64,000 nucleotides of DNA from an uncultured bacterium (GCA_963843795.1 CAWJLW010000006.1:682001-746000); one strand, 5' to 3'; positions 41,052 to 51,126 are shown, numbered from the stretch's first letter. A program made the numbers and translations. The notes: generated by a model from the letters alone, not told the origin.

Positions 41052-43742
41052 ATGGAGGACAATTCAACTGTGAGTAACGAAAACACAAATCAGCGTGTCT
41101 GGCTTTTCCGCGAGGGCGATAAGTCGATGCGCGACCTGCTGGGTGGGAAAGGCGCCAACCTGGCCGAAATGACCAATATCGGATTGCCGGTTCCGCCCGG
41201 TTTTACCGTGACAACAGAAGTCTGTACCGAATATTACGCCAATGGCAAACAAATTCCCGCTGGCTTGATGGATGATGTGAAAAAAGCCGTCGCCGATGTC
41301 GAGCAGCAAATCGGCAAAAAATTTGGCGACAATAAAAACCCACTTCTCTTTTCCGTACGTTCCGGCGCTAAATTCTCTCTGCCGGGCATGATGGACACTG
41401 TGCTCAACCTGGGCTTGAATGAAGATGCCATTGAAGGCTTAATTGCCACCTCTGGCGACGCACGTTTCGCTTATGACTCTTATCGCCGCTTTATTATGAT
41501 GTTTTCGGACATCACGCTCAAAGCCGATTATCCGGGCTTGAGCAAAGAAGGTTTCGAGCGCATTCTCACCGAGCACAAAGAAAAGCTCGGCAAAACCGAA
41601 GACACCGAATTGACCGGCGATGAATGGAAAGCTTTGTGCGAGACCTACAAGGAATTCTTCAAAAAAGAAACCGGACGCGATTTTCCGACCGACCCTTACG
41701 AACAGCTCGAAACTTCGATTACTGCTGTGTTCCGTAGTTGGAACAACGAGCGCGCGATCATTTATCGTAACCGTGAAAAAATTTCCCATTCCATCGGCAC
41801 TGCCGTGAATGTGCAGTCGATGGTGTTTGGTAACATGGGCAACGATTCGGGTTCGGGGGTTATGTTCACCCGCAACGCCGCGACCGGCGAAAACGTGATT
41901 TACGGCGAATATCTGCAAAATGCCCAGGGCGAAGACGTCGTCGCCGGTGTGCGCACGCCCAAAGAAATCGCCGAACTCGAACGCGACAACAAAGAAATCT
42001 ACGACGAATTGATCACCAACGCCAAGCGTTTGGAAGATCATTACAAAGACATGCAGGACATCGAGTTCACGATTGAAAAGAACAAATTGTTCATCCTGCA
42101 ATGCCGCAGCGGCAAGCGTACCGGCACCGCTGCGATTCGCATCGCGGTCGAAATGGTGAACGATGGTTTCATCACCAAAGAAGAAGCCGTTTCGCGCGTC
42201 GCGCCCAGCGGTCTGGAACAAGCGCTGCATCCGCGCTTGAAAGGCACCGACAAAGCTCGCGTCATTGCCAATGGCCTCAACGCTGGCCCCGGCGGCGCCG
42301 TGGGCATGGCCGTGTTTTCGTCCGACAAAGCTGCCGAATTGGGCAAAGGCGGCGAAGGCAAAGCCGTGATTTTGTGCTCGCAGGAAACCACGCCCGACGA
42401 TTTGAAGGGCATGTTGGCCGCCCAAGGCGTTCTGACTTCGCGCGGCGGACGCACTTCGCACGCGGCTTTGGTCGCGCGTCAGTTCGGTATTCCGACGATC
42501 TGCGGTTGTTCGGACGTGAAAATGGACGGACATCACGCCACGCAATTCACGACGCCTGATGGCACCGTGATTAAAGAAGGCGACTGGATTACCATCGACG
42601 GCACTGATGGCGTCGTTTACGAAGGTGCGCTCGAAGTTGAAGCCGCCGGTCAGAGCGGCGATTTCGGTACCTTGATGGGCTGGGCCGACGAATTCCGCAC
42701 CATGGGCGTTCGCACCAACGCTGACACGCCCGAACAAGCGCAGGAAGCGGTCGAATTGGGCGCCGAAGGCATCGGCTTGTGCCGCACCGAGCACATGTTT
42801 TTGGAAGAAGATCGTTTGCCGATCGTGCGCCGCATGATTCTGGCCGCCAACGACGCCGACCGTCAGGCCGCTTTGGATGAACTACTGCCGATTCAGCGCG
42901 AAGACTTCGTGGGCATTTTTCGCGCGATGGACGGCAAGCCCGTCACCGTGCGTTTGATCGACCCGCCGCTGCACGAATTCCTGCCCAACCAAATCGAGCT
43001 GGAAAAAGAAATGGCCGTTCTGGAATCTCAGGGCAAAACCGACGACGAGAAAAGCGTCTTGCTGGACAAAGTGCGCGAACTGCACGAGCAGAACCCGATG
43101 CTGGGCTTGCGCGGTTGCCGTTTGAGCATCGTGATTCCGGGTATCGTCGAAATGCAGACCGCCGCGATTGTCGGCGCTGCCGCTCAAGTCAAGAAAGAAG
43201 GCATCGACGTTCAGCCCGAAATCATGATTCCGCTCGTTGGCCATGTCAACGAATTGAAAGCGGTGCGTGGCGATTTAGAGCGCGTGGCCAAAGCCACCAG
43301 CGAAGCCGAAGGTCAGCAGGTCGATTACAAGTTCGGCACCATGATCGAAATTCCGCGCGCGTGTTTGACGGCGGGCGAAATCGCCGGTGAAGCCGAGTTC
43401 TTCTCGTTCGGCACCAACGATTTGACCCAGATGACTTATGGCATGAGCCGCGACGATGCTGGCCCGTTCTTGATGCCGTATATCGCCAAGGAAATCTACA
43501 AAGAAGATCCGACGGTTTCCATCGACCAGACCGGCGTTGGCCGCCTGATGCAGATTTGCGTGGACGATGCGCGCAAAGTCAACCCGAACATCAAATTGGG
43601 TATCTGCGGCGAACAGGGCGGCGACCCCGATTCGGTGAAATTCTGCGCCAAACTCGGCCTGACTTACGTTTCGTGCTCACCCAAACGTGTGCCCGTCGCA
43701 CGTCTGGCCGCCGCACAAGCCGCAATTGCCGCCAAAAACTAA
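41052..43742 (+). CDS. ppdK: Pyruvate, phosphate dikinase
   Basis: LLGGKGANLAEM, GGRTSHAA phospho-His, GIGLCRTEHMF and FSFGTNDLTQ. Confidence 0.98.
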   Translation: MEDNSTVSNENTNQRVWLFREGDKSMRDLLGGKGANLAEMTNIGLPVPPGFTVTTEVCTEYYANGKQIPAGLMDDVKKAVADVEQQIGKKFGDNKNPLLFSVRSGAKFSLPGMMDTVLNLGLNEDAIEGLIATSGDARFAYDSYRRFIMMFSDITLKADYPGLSKEGFERILTEHKEKLGKTEDTELTGDEWKALCETYKEFFKKETGRDFPTDPYEQLETSITAVFRSWNNERAIIYRNREKISHSIGTAVNVQSMVFGNMGNDSGSGVMFTRNAATGENVIYGEYLQNAQGEDVVAGVRTPKEIAELERDNKEIYDELITNAKRLEDHYKDMQDIEFTIEKNKLFILQCRSGKRTGTAAIRIAVEMVNDGFITKEEAVSRVAPSGLEQALHPRLKGTDKARVIANGLNAGPGGAVGMAVFSSDKAAELGKGGEGKAVILCSQETTPDDLKGMLAAQGVLTSRGGRTSHAALVARQFGIPTICGCSDVKMDGHHATQFTTPDGTVIKEGDWITIDGTDGVVYEGALEVEAAGQSGDFGTLMGWADEFRTMGVRTNADTPEQAQEAVELGAEGIGLCRTEHMFLEEDRLPIVRRMILAANDADRQAALDELLPIQREDFVGIFRAMDGKPVTVRLIDPPLHEFLPNQIELEKEMAVLESQGKTDDEKSVLLDKVRELHEQNPMLGLRGCRLSIVIPGIVEMQTAAIVGAAAQVKKEGIDVQPEIMIPLVGHVNELKAVRGDLERVAKATSEAEGQQVDYKFGTMIEIPRACLTAGEIAGEAEFFSFGTNDLTQMTYGMSRDDAGPFLMPYIAKEIYKEDPTVSIDQTGVGRLMQICVDDARKVNPNIKLGICGEQGGDPDSVKFCAKLGLTYVSCSPKRVPVARLAAAQAAIAAKN

Positions 43743-43780
43743 GCTGCAAGTACTTGCAGAAAGCCACAAACGTCCAACTC

Positions 43781-43819
43781 AAACGGCGCAGCGAATTTCG
43801 ATTCGCTGCGCCGTTTTTT
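43781..43819 (+). terminator. Intrinsic terminator after ppdK (first copy of a duplicated element)
   Basis: AAACGGCGCAGCGAAT-TTCG-ATTCGCTGCGCCGTTTTTT. Confidence 0.85.
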
Positions 43820-43831
43820 GCTTTAAAGAAA

Positions 43832-44158
43832 CTAAATTTCCAAAGCTGTTTGCAAGCGTCTTTGGACTTCTTGCCAATCGGCGTCAGAAAGTCGCCCGAT
43901 TTTAGAAATTTGTGTTTGTGGTTTGGTAAATAAAAACGAGCGCATTGCCGAAGGCAATTTCAAGCCCGCCGCTTCCCAATCGAACAGTACGCAGTCGAAA
44001 GCGGTGTCGGCGTTCTCGATGCGGCTTGTGACGAGCGCCAGCAACACATCTGGACGTTCGCTGTGATACGCTTCTGTGGAAATGACGATGGCAGGACGAT
44101 TTTTAGTTTCGCTCACGCCGGGCAATAAAGCGCGCACCACATCGCCTGCCTTAATCAT
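43832..44158 (-). CDS. PemK/MazF-family toxin
   Basis: GDVV...P....K.RPAIVIS, VTS, W.AAGL..PS and IGRLS..DW motifs. Confidence 0.87.
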   Translation of the reverse strand: MIKAGDVVRALLPGVSETKNRPAIVISTEAYHSERPDVLLALVTSRIENADTAFDCVLFDWEAAGLKLPSAMRSFLFTKPQTQISKIGRLSDADWQEVQRRLQTALEI

Positions 44159-44381
44159 AGTTACCTTCTTCGGGGCCAAATCGCTCGTCAATTAATTGCG
44201 CAGTTGCGCGGTCAAGATCACTCAAATCTTCCTCGCTCCAATCGCTTTTGAAATCACAAGCCTTGGCGTGAGGACTTTTTGCATTGAGTAATTCTTTCAA
44301 GCGTTCGATCTCGCGCGCAGGCACATCGCGCAGCGCCGCATAAATCGTCTCAGCTGTCGGATTTTCAATTGTAATCGCCAT
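44151..44381 (-). CDS. Putative antitoxin
   Basis: 76 aa with an acidic C-terminus; overlaps the toxin start (ATGATTAA). Confidence 0.72.
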   Translation of the reverse strand: MAITIENPTAETIYAALRDVPAREIERLKELLNAKSPHAKACDFKSDWSEEDLSDLDRATAQLIDERFGPEEGNYD

Positions 44382-44472
44382 GTTTCTATTTTAACCTCCA
44401 CTCAAATCTTGCGTTCAACTCTGACGCTGGAAACAAATCTAGCGCTGCAAGTACTTGCAGCGCGATAAACCC

Positions 44473-44510
44473 AAACGGCGCAGCGAATTTAATTCGCTGC
44501 GCCGTTTTTT
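44473..44510 (+). repeat. Second copy of the ppdK terminator hairpin
   Basis: AAACGGCGCAGCGAAT-TTA-ATTCGCTGCGCCGTTTTTT; stems identical to 43781-43819. Confidence 0.9.
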
Positions 44511-44542
44511 GTGTGCGGGAAATGACACGCTATAATGAAGCT

Positions 44543-45664
44543 ATGCAATCCACTTTAGAAAACATCGTTCATCGTTTGCAGCAGCAACAATTTCCCAATG
44601 AAGAAGCCATCAAGCAAGGCGTCGTGTTGCGATTGTTGGGCGAATTGAGTTGGGATATTTACGATCCGTTGAGCGTGTGCGCAGAATTTTTTATTGATGG
44701 CCGAAGAGTGGATTACGCTTTGTGTCATCCGCACAAAAAACCGCGCATTTTTATCGAAGTCAAGCAAAAAGCGACCTTTGATGCGGGCGAAGATCAACTG
44801 ATGATGCGCTATGCGTTTCAGCACGGTGTTCCCATTGCGGTTCTCACCGATGGGCAGCGCTGGGCGTTTTACCTTCCCGGCGGCGAAGGCACTTTTCAAG
44901 AGCGCTGTTTCTACCATTTGGATTTGCTGGAACGTGACAGCGAGGAAGCACAAAAACGCCTGATGCGTTATTTGGATTTCGAGCGCGTGAAAACCGGCAA
45001 AGCTATCGAAGCGGCGCGCAGCGATTTGGATAGCGCCGCGCGCAATCGCGCCGTAACTCAAGCGTTGCCCAAAGCGTGGCAGGAAATGCTGGGCGAAGGG
45101 GATGAAATTTTGTGTCTGGCGCTCATCGAAAAAGTGCAAACTCTCACCGGTTTTCGCCCCGAAATCGAAGAAGCGTTCGGTTTTATCACTGCCCAGGCGA
45201 GCACGCCGCCCTTGGCCCGCGCGATTCCTAAACCGCCGCGTCCTATTGTCACCAAACCAACAGTTCAAACCTCAGAAAACGAAAATCCTGAAATTCCGTT
45301 TCCGCCAAAATCAGACGGCGAAAATTGGTTCGCTATGAATGGAAAGGAACTGTTGCGTTCCAAGCAAGCCGTCAAAATCACAGTGGCTGCGCTGCGCGAA
45401 TGTCATGCTTTAATTCCAAATTTTCTGGAAACTTTTCACCGCGAACACACAAAATCGCAGGTCGGAATAAAAGTGAAACGCCGTTGGATTGCCAGACAGC
45501 GCGAAAATTTGTATGACAGACAAGACTTGATATCTAATTCTATTGAAATTGGTGATTGGTGGCTGGGCACCAATTATAACAACGCAACCAAACGTGCCAT
45601 GCTTGAATTAGCGAGTTGTATTGCCGCACAGCACAATATCGAACTGACTTTTCATTTGAAATAA
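44543..45664 (+). CDS. Stand-alone PD-(D/E)xK nuclease with a type I restriction HsdR N-terminal-like domain
   Basis: NEEAIKQGVVLRLL..L.WD, RVDYAL, FIEVK, QL..YAF and VLTDG..W.FY motifs. Confidence 0.75.
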   Translation: MQSTLENIVHRLQQQQFPNEEAIKQGVVLRLLGELSWDIYDPLSVCAEFFIDGRRVDYALCHPHKKPRIFIEVKQKATFDAGEDQLMMRYAFQHGVPIAVLTDGQRWAFYLPGGEGTFQERCFYHLDLLERDSEEAQKRLMRYLDFERVKTGKAIEAARSDLDSAARNRAVTQALPKAWQEMLGEGDEILCLALIEKVQTLTGFRPEIEEAFGFITAQASTPPLARAIPKPPRPIVTKPTVQTSENENPEIPFPPKSDGENWFAMNGKELLRSKQAVKITVAALRECHALIPNFLETFHREHTKSQVGIKVKRRWIARQRENLYDRQDLISNSIEIGDWWLGTNYNNATKRAMLELASCIAAQHNIELTFHLK

Positions 45665-45748
45665 AGCTGCAAGTACTTGCAGCACGCTATCTGGTTCGGA
45701 ACCTCCAAACGCCAGCGGTTAAACTGGGTTGCGCTTACCAAAATTCTT

Positions 45749-46477
45749 ATGAAATCATTCTCACGTCGTCAAATTTTAACCGGCTCTTTTGCTGCGCTGG
45801 GTGCCGCTCTTTGCGTTCAAACTTTAACCATCGCCGCACCATTACCGCCGGTGATTTGCATTGATCCGGGCCATCCGTCCGAAACTTCCGAAGGAGCGGC
45901 CAGTCGCGGACTCAGCGAAAATCGCTTGAACTGGCAGGTCGCCAAGCGTTTGGAAACGCGTTTGAAGAAAAGTGGCATCCGCGTAGTTTTGACCAAAAAT
46001 AGCGAAAAACAGAACGTGACCAACCGTCGCCGCGCCGAAATCGCCAACGGCTCCAACGCTTACAAACGTCCGTGCGCGCTGTTCATTCGCTTGCACTGCG
46101 ATGAAGGTGGCGGGCGCGGTTTCACTTGGTATTATCCCGACCGCGCCGGTCGCAAATACGGAGTTGTCGGGCCGCCGCGCGAAGTGCAAACCGAAAGTCG
46201 GCGCGCGACGCACATTTTAAACGAAGCGATGAAGCCGGTTTTGCGCGGCTCGTTGGCTCCGAATCCGATTAAAACCGATGCCGCAACTTTTGTCGGCGGC
46301 AAGCAGGGCGGCGTTTTGACTGGCTCGATTTTCTCGCGCGTGCCAACTGCGCTGCTCGAAATGTGCTTTATTAATCGCGCCGCCGATGCGCGTTTCATTG
46401 CTTCCGCCAATGGTCAGGAAAAAATGGCATTGGCGCTGGCGACCGGCATTAAAAGTTATCTGAAACAAACTCCATGA
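45749..46477 (+). CDS. N-acetylmuramoyl-L-alanine amidase (Amidase_3), Tat-exported
   Basis: SRRQIL leader; IDPGH, E...N, RAEIAN, IRLHCD and LLEMCF motifs. Confidence 0.88.
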   Translation: MKSFSRRQILTGSFAALGAALCVQTLTIAAPLPPVICIDPGHPSETSEGAASRGLSENRLNWQVAKRLETRLKKSGIRVVLTKNSEKQNVTNRRRAEIANGSNAYKRPCALFIRLHCDEGGGRGFTWYYPDRAGRKYGVVGPPREVQTESRRATHILNEAMKPVLRGSLAPNPIKTDAATFVGGKQGGVLTGSIFSRVPTALLEMCFINRAADARFIASANGQEKMALALATGIKSYLKQTP

Positions 46478-47151
46478 AACATCAACTTCCCGACGACTGG
46501 CAGCAGGTTTTGGGCGCGGAATTCGACAAACCGTATTTTCAAAAACTGGAAGAATTTGTCGATGCCGAGCGTTCAACGCACACGATTTATCCACCTGAAG
46601 ACGACGTATTTTCGGCTTTTCAATTGACGCCCTACGAGAAAGTCCGCGTTTTCATCATGGGCCAAGACCCGTATCATGGGCCAAAACAAGCGCACGGTCT
46701 GGCGTTCTCGGTTCTTCCCGGCATCAAACCGCCGCCTTCTTTGGCGAATATTTTTCGCGAATTGAAAACCGATGTCGGCGCGAGTGTGCCGAATAATGGT
46801 TATCTGGTTCCGTGGGCCGAGCAGGGCGTGATGATGCTGAACGCTGTGCTCACGGTGCGTCAGGCGCAGGCGAATTCGCACAAAGGCAAAGGTTGGGAAA
46901 AATTCACTGATGCCGCTATTAAAGCGCTCAATGAGCGTGATGAATCGGTGATTTTCGTGTTGTGGGGCGCGTATGCGCAAAAGAAAATTCAGTTCATTGA
47001 TACCGGCAAGCATCAGGTTTTGCAATCGGTGCATCCCTCGCCGCTGTCGGCGCACAATGGGTTTTTCGGTTCCAAACCGTTCTCGCAGATTAACGCGATT
47101 TTACAGGAAAATCAGCAAAAACCGATTGATTGGCAACTGCCGAATTTGTGA
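46474..47151 (+). CDS. ung: Uracil-DNA glycosylase family 1
   Basis: GQDPYH, PPSLANI and HPSPLS motifs. Confidence 0.97.
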   Translation: MKHQLPDDWQQVLGAEFDKPYFQKLEEFVDAERSTHTIYPPEDDVFSAFQLTPYEKVRVFIMGQDPYHGPKQAHGLAFSVLPGIKPPPSLANIFRELKTDVGASVPNNGYLVPWAEQGVMMLNAVLTVRQAQANSHKGKGWEKFTDAAIKALNERDESVIFVLWGAYAQKKIQFIDTGKHQVLQSVHPSPLSAHNGFFGSKPFSQINAILQENQQKPIDWQLPNL

Positions 47152-47191
47152 ATGTGACACTGCAAGTACTTGCGGTGCGATTCACAGACAA

Positions 47192-47235
47192 AAAAGCTCG
47201 CCGATTTGGAAACGATTCCGAATCGGCGAGCTTTT
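47192..47235. terminator. Intrinsic terminator after ung
   Basis: AAAAGCTCGCCGATTTGGAA...TTCCGAATCGGCGAGCTTTT. Confidence 0.75.
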
Positions 47236-47285
47236 GGTTTTGGCGATGAAGCCGCAGATGAAAATCGCAACTACTTGCAGGCGCT

Positions 47286-47765
47286 TCAAGCGAAATTTTC
47301 GGTGCGCGGGTGTGAAGTGACTTCTGTCCAGGTGCCGCTTGAAGTGCCGATGGACGCACTGCTTTCCAAGTCGCTTTGGTCGACATCGGTTGCGGAGTGT
47401 TGAGAATCAGCTTTTCGTTTTTCGTCGTCTTCCAATTCGTTTTGCAGGTCGTCGAGTGCGAGATGAATATTAAGATATTCGTCGCGAACTTTTCGGTTCA
47501 AACGTTCAGGCTCGAATTGGCCATACTTTTCGGCGCACTGTTCTTCAATGCGACAGGCGCGTTCGAGCAGGCGCGCGGCATCTTCGAGACCGGGCGGCCA
47601 ACAGCCGGGATCGGTTTCGCGCGCTTCGATTAAAAGTTGCACGTATTTATCGCGTGTAAGTTGAACCGAGCTGTGATCTTGAAAGTGTGGGCGCAGCGGA
47701 CACCCTTCTGCGCATTCTTCCGTTTCGGGATGGTTATGGGCCGGAGCACTGGATTTTTTAGACAT
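47286..47765 (-). CDS. Hypothetical protein
   Basis: 159-aa ORF with an AT-rich upstream region; no recognised family. Confidence 0.55.
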   Translation of the reverse strand: MSKKSSAPAHNHPETEECAEGCPLRPHFQDHSSVQLTRDKYVQLLIEARETDPGCWPPGLEDAARLLERACRIEEQCAEKYGQFEPERLNRKVRDEYLNIHLALDDLQNELEDDEKRKADSQHSATDVDQSDLESSASIGTSSGTWTEVTSHPRTENFA

Positions 47766-47921
47766 AAATAATTGTGAGTGAAATATCTCAGCGATGTTTA
47801 TCGCTTCCGCTAAAAGAAGTGTGCCCTAATCGGCTTTTATTGCAACTTGACTTTTATTGGTTTAGTGACACGTTTTTCGATCTGAAAAGAATGATAAATA
47901 AGGGCGAAAAAAAATCGTAAA

Positions 47922-49514
47922 TTGGCTAAACTTGGAATTATGAGCGATCAGGAACTGGCACGGGCGTTGATGAGCAAAGGTTTATTAACGCCTCCTCAAA
48001 TTCAGATGGCCCTTTCTCGTCGAGAAGCGGGCCGTAGCTTTGCGCAAACCATGGTCGATTTGCAAATCGTCAGCCCTATCGACATTGCCGAAATCGATCC
48101 ACACGCCTTTGGTCGCGTTCATTCAGGAAAGCTAGACCAAAATGGCAACGCGTCCAAATTCGGTAAACAGAGCGAGAAAAGCGCCAGAGAAGACGCGCAG
48201 GTCGCAGCGAAAATCGCCGAGGTTTCCGTGGGTTTGGGACAGGACGATGCGCCCGAATCTGGCAACCTTAGAGTCATAATTCACGGCGAAACCGAACGTG
48301 AAGACGGTACAATTCCCAGTCCGATTCGTAATTTTTGCAGCGAATTGATCGCCTTTGCCGTACAACTGCGCGCTTCCGACTTGCATCTCGAACCGCGTAG
48401 CGACGGATTGTTGCCGCGTTATCGCGTTGATGGCCGACTGCGCACCTACGGTTCGGTAATTCCGGGCGAATTGCAAGCGCCAATTATTTCGCGCTTCAAG
48501 GTGTTGTCGAATCTTGACATCACCGAAAACCGTATGCCACAGGACGGGCGGTTTCGCGCCACTATCGGCGACCGCGTCTTCGATTTTCGCGTTTCGTCCC
48601 TACCGGGCATTTTGGGCGAAAAGTTGGTTTTGCGCTTGCTCGACCGTTCCAGCCTCGTCACCGATTTGACCAAGCTTGGTTTCAGCGACGAAGAACGCAA
48701 TCGTTTTGAAGAAATGCTGGGGCGTTCTTATGGTTTAGTGTTAGTGACCGGCCCGACCGGTAGCGGCAAAACCACGACGTTATACGCGGCGCTGGCCGCG
48801 ACCAAAGATGAAACTAAAAATGTCATTACGGTCGAGGATCCGGTTGAATATGAAATGTCGGGTGTGACGCAAACCGCGATACATAGCGAAATCGGACTGA
48901 CTTTCGCGACGCAGTTGCGCGCGATTCTGCGTCAAGACCCGGATGTCATTCTAGTTGGCGAAATTCGCGACAACGAGACCGCTGATATTGCGGTGCGCGC
49001 GGCTTTGACCGGCCACTTAGTTTTATCGACGCTGCACACTAACTCGGCAGCGGGCGCAGTCGCGCGTTTGCAGGATATGAATGTGCCCGATTTTCTGCTC
49101 GCTTCGAGTTTGACCGGTGTTTTGGCACAGCGCCTGGTGCGCCTGATTTGTCGCCATTGCCGCGAACCGATTCCGCACGATGATCCTCAATATGAGATAG
49201 ATATTGCGCGATTGCGCTTGAATCCGGGCGCGCCCTTGTTTCGTGGCGCGGGCTGCGAACATTGTAACGGCACAGGAATGCGCGGGCGCATGGCTTTGTT
49301 GGAATTGATGAACGTCGATGGCCCGATGCGCCGCGCCTTAGCCGCCGCCGCGCCTTTGGACACGCTGCGCGAACTGGCCAGGGAAAGCGGCATGAAAACC
49401 TTATGGCAAGACGGCGTGGAAAAAGCTCAGCGCGGCCTCACAACTGCCGAAGAAGTTTCCCGCGCTTTGCTGGGCGCCGAAGATATCGAAGCGGTCATTG
49501 ATGAAGTCGGGTGA
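47922..49514 (+). CDS. GspE/PilB-family secretion or pilus assembly ATPase
   Basis: ASDLHLEP, GPTGSGKTTT, ILRQDPDVILVGEIRD, TGHLVLSTLH and Cys4 motif; N-terminal MshEN-like segment. Confidence 0.92.
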   Translation: MAKLGIMSDQELARALMSKGLLTPPQIQMALSRREAGRSFAQTMVDLQIVSPIDIAEIDPHAFGRVHSGKLDQNGNASKFGKQSEKSAREDAQVAAKIAEVSVGLGQDDAPESGNLRVIIHGETEREDGTIPSPIRNFCSELIAFAVQLRASDLHLEPRSDGLLPRYRVDGRLRTYGSVIPGELQAPIISRFKVLSNLDITENRMPQDGRFRATIGDRVFDFRVSSLPGILGEKLVLRLLDRSSLVTDLTKLGFSDEERNRFEEMLGRSYGLVLVTGPTGSGKTTTLYAALAATKDETKNVITVEDPVEYEMSGVTQTAIHSEIGLTFATQLRAILRQDPDVILVGEIRDNETADIAVRAALTGHLVLSTLHTNSAAGAVARLQDMNVPDFLLASSLTGVLAQRLVRLICRHCREPIPHDDPQYEIDIARLRLNPGAPLFRGAGCEHCNGTGMRGRMALLELMNVDGPMRRALAAAAPLDTLRELARESGMKTLWQDGVEKAQRGLTTAEEVSRALLGAEDIEAVIDEVG

Positions 49515-49664
49515 AAATGCGCAGCAAGTACTTGCTGCGCGCGTTTACGCCTGCATTAAAATCGAACCGAGCGCAGCGAAAGTTATGCAGCATTGTTGAT
49601 AACGCAAACCCGAAAAAACAAACCCGAGAAGAAGACCATTTCCGCCTCGCGCCATGCTTCCATT

Positions 49665-50399
49665 ATGCTGCCTTTTTCCCCAGTTTTTCGCCGTTACTTT
49701 CCTGTTTGGCATCTCATCGCGCGCGCATTAACGCGAATCTTCGCGCCGCGTTTTCATGTCAGCGGACGACGCAATGAGCCGCGCAGGGGCGGCGTGATTT
49801 TTGTGCCTAACCACACTTCCGATAGCGACCCTTTCTGGGTGGCGGCGGCGCTGCGACGGCGCGTTTGGTGGATGGCCAAAGCTGAAATCTGGCGCGATTT
49901 TCCGGTCGCGGGCAAAATCATGAGCTTTGTCGAAACTTTTCCGGTCGAGCAAAACCAGATGGATCGCATGGCGCTTGAGCGCTCGCTGGAAATTCTCAAA
50001 CGCGGCGATGCATTAGTCATTTTTCCTGAAGGCCATTGTTCGCCTGACGGCAATTTGCAGCCTTTGGAATCGGGCGTGGCGATGCTGGCTCTCAGAAGTG
50101 GCGCGCCTGTTGTGCCTCTGGGCATTGTAGGTGCGCAACAAGTTTTGCCATATGCGACGATTAGTCCGCGCCCGACTTTAGGCCCTTTGCGTGTGCATAT
50201 CGACAATAAAATTCTTTTCGACGACTTGAGCGCAATGCCCAAACGCGAAGCGCGCAAAATTGCACTTGAACGTATTGAAGCCGGAATCCGTAACGCGCAA
50301 AATGTGCGCAAAGTTAAAGGAAGTAGCCGCCAAAGCAAAAAGCTCACTGCAAGTACTTGCAGTGAGCTTTTTAATGGGACGTTACAGCGATTTATTTAG
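49665..50399 (+). CDS. plsC: 1-acyl-sn-glycerol-3-phosphate acyltransferase (PlsC family)
   Basis: NHTSDSD (HX4D), MAKAE and IFPEG motifs; start and 3' end uncertain. Confidence 0.82.
   Translation: MLPFSPVFRRYFPVWHLIARALTRIFAPRFHVSGRRNEPRRGGVIFVPNHTSDSDPFWVAAALRRRVWWMAKAEIWRDFPVAGKIMSFVETFPVEQNQMDRMALERSLEILKRGDALVIFPEGHCSPDGNLQPLESGVAMLALRSGAPVVPLGIVGAQQVLPYATISPRPTLGPLRVHIDNKILFDDLSAMPKREARKIALERIEAGIRNAQNVRKVKGSSRQSKKLTASTCSELFNGTLQRFI
50337..50372. terminator. 36-bp perfect palindrome centred on the repeat, between convergent genes
   Basis: AAAAAGCTCAC-TGCAAGTACTTGCA-GTGAGCTTTTT. Confidence 0.75.
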
Positions 50400-51126
50400 T
50401 GTTGAAGGTGTAGCCGACTTGAACGAACAGGTTGCTGCCCGTGAACAAACCGTAGCGCTGCACACCAACGCTGGCCGAGTAGGGCTGGCCAGCCGGACGG
50501 TAACGCAGCGAAGCCGAATACGGCGTGCTGCCACCATTGACGATTTTGCTGCCCAATTCGCCGACAAAGGCCAAATCGCCTTCGCGCGTGAACGGAGCTT
50601 CGACGCCCGCGAAAACCGACGCTTTGTCGGAATTGCCCAGTCCAGCGTCGAAGTGATCGTAGCGCAAACCCAGGTGACCGGTGATCGGGGTGCGGCCTTC
50701 ACTCAACTGGCCCAAGTACTTGGAAGCGACCAAATAACCGTGAATGTTGTCGAGCAACACTTTCGAGTAACCAACGCCTGCGGCCAAACGCACACCCGGC
50801 TTCTCGGTTTCGCGAGAAATCAAGTACTTGGCACCAATGGCGATGCCGGTTTGGTTGCCGCCGCCGGAGATGCGCTCGACGCCACCATTGATTTCCAAAC
50901 GGTCACCCACCCGACCCGCAGCGTGAATACCGTAGAATTCGCCGCCATTGGCGTCGAAGTAATCGCCCTGCACACGAATTCCGCCTTCGTTGGGGATCTG
51001 CGCGGTCGGGTTGAGCGGCAAACCGATGGCACCGTTGATTGTGCTGTCGGCGTGGGCCACGCCCGTCAGAGTGGCGGCGACGGCGGCAACGGCCAGAGTG
51101 GAAACGACTGAAACTTTCGCTTTCAT
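50392..51126 (-). CDS. Putative outer-membrane beta-barrel protein
   Basis: GAGGAG RBS; signal peptide ending in AHA-D; alternating aromatic/Gly strands; C-terminal VQVGYTF. Confidence 0.72.
   Translation of the reverse strand: MKAKVSVVSTLAVAAVAATLTGVAHADSTINGAIGLPLNPTAQIPNEGGIRVQGDYFDANGGEFYGIHAAGRVGDRLEINGGVERISGGGNQTGIAIGAKYLISRETEKPGVRLAAGVGYSKVLLDNIHGYLVASKYLGQLSEGRTPITGHLGLRYDHFDAGLGNSDKASVFAGVEAPFTREGDLAFVGELGSKIVNGGSTPYSASLRYRPAGQPYSASVGVQRYGLFTGSNLFVQVGYTFNTK

Noticed and set aside
41439..42794. 451-aa antisense ORF, and similar ones at 22200-23159, 29049-30110 and 37810-38862
   Set aside because: These are shadow ORFs opposite or across well-supported genes and have no recognisable motifs
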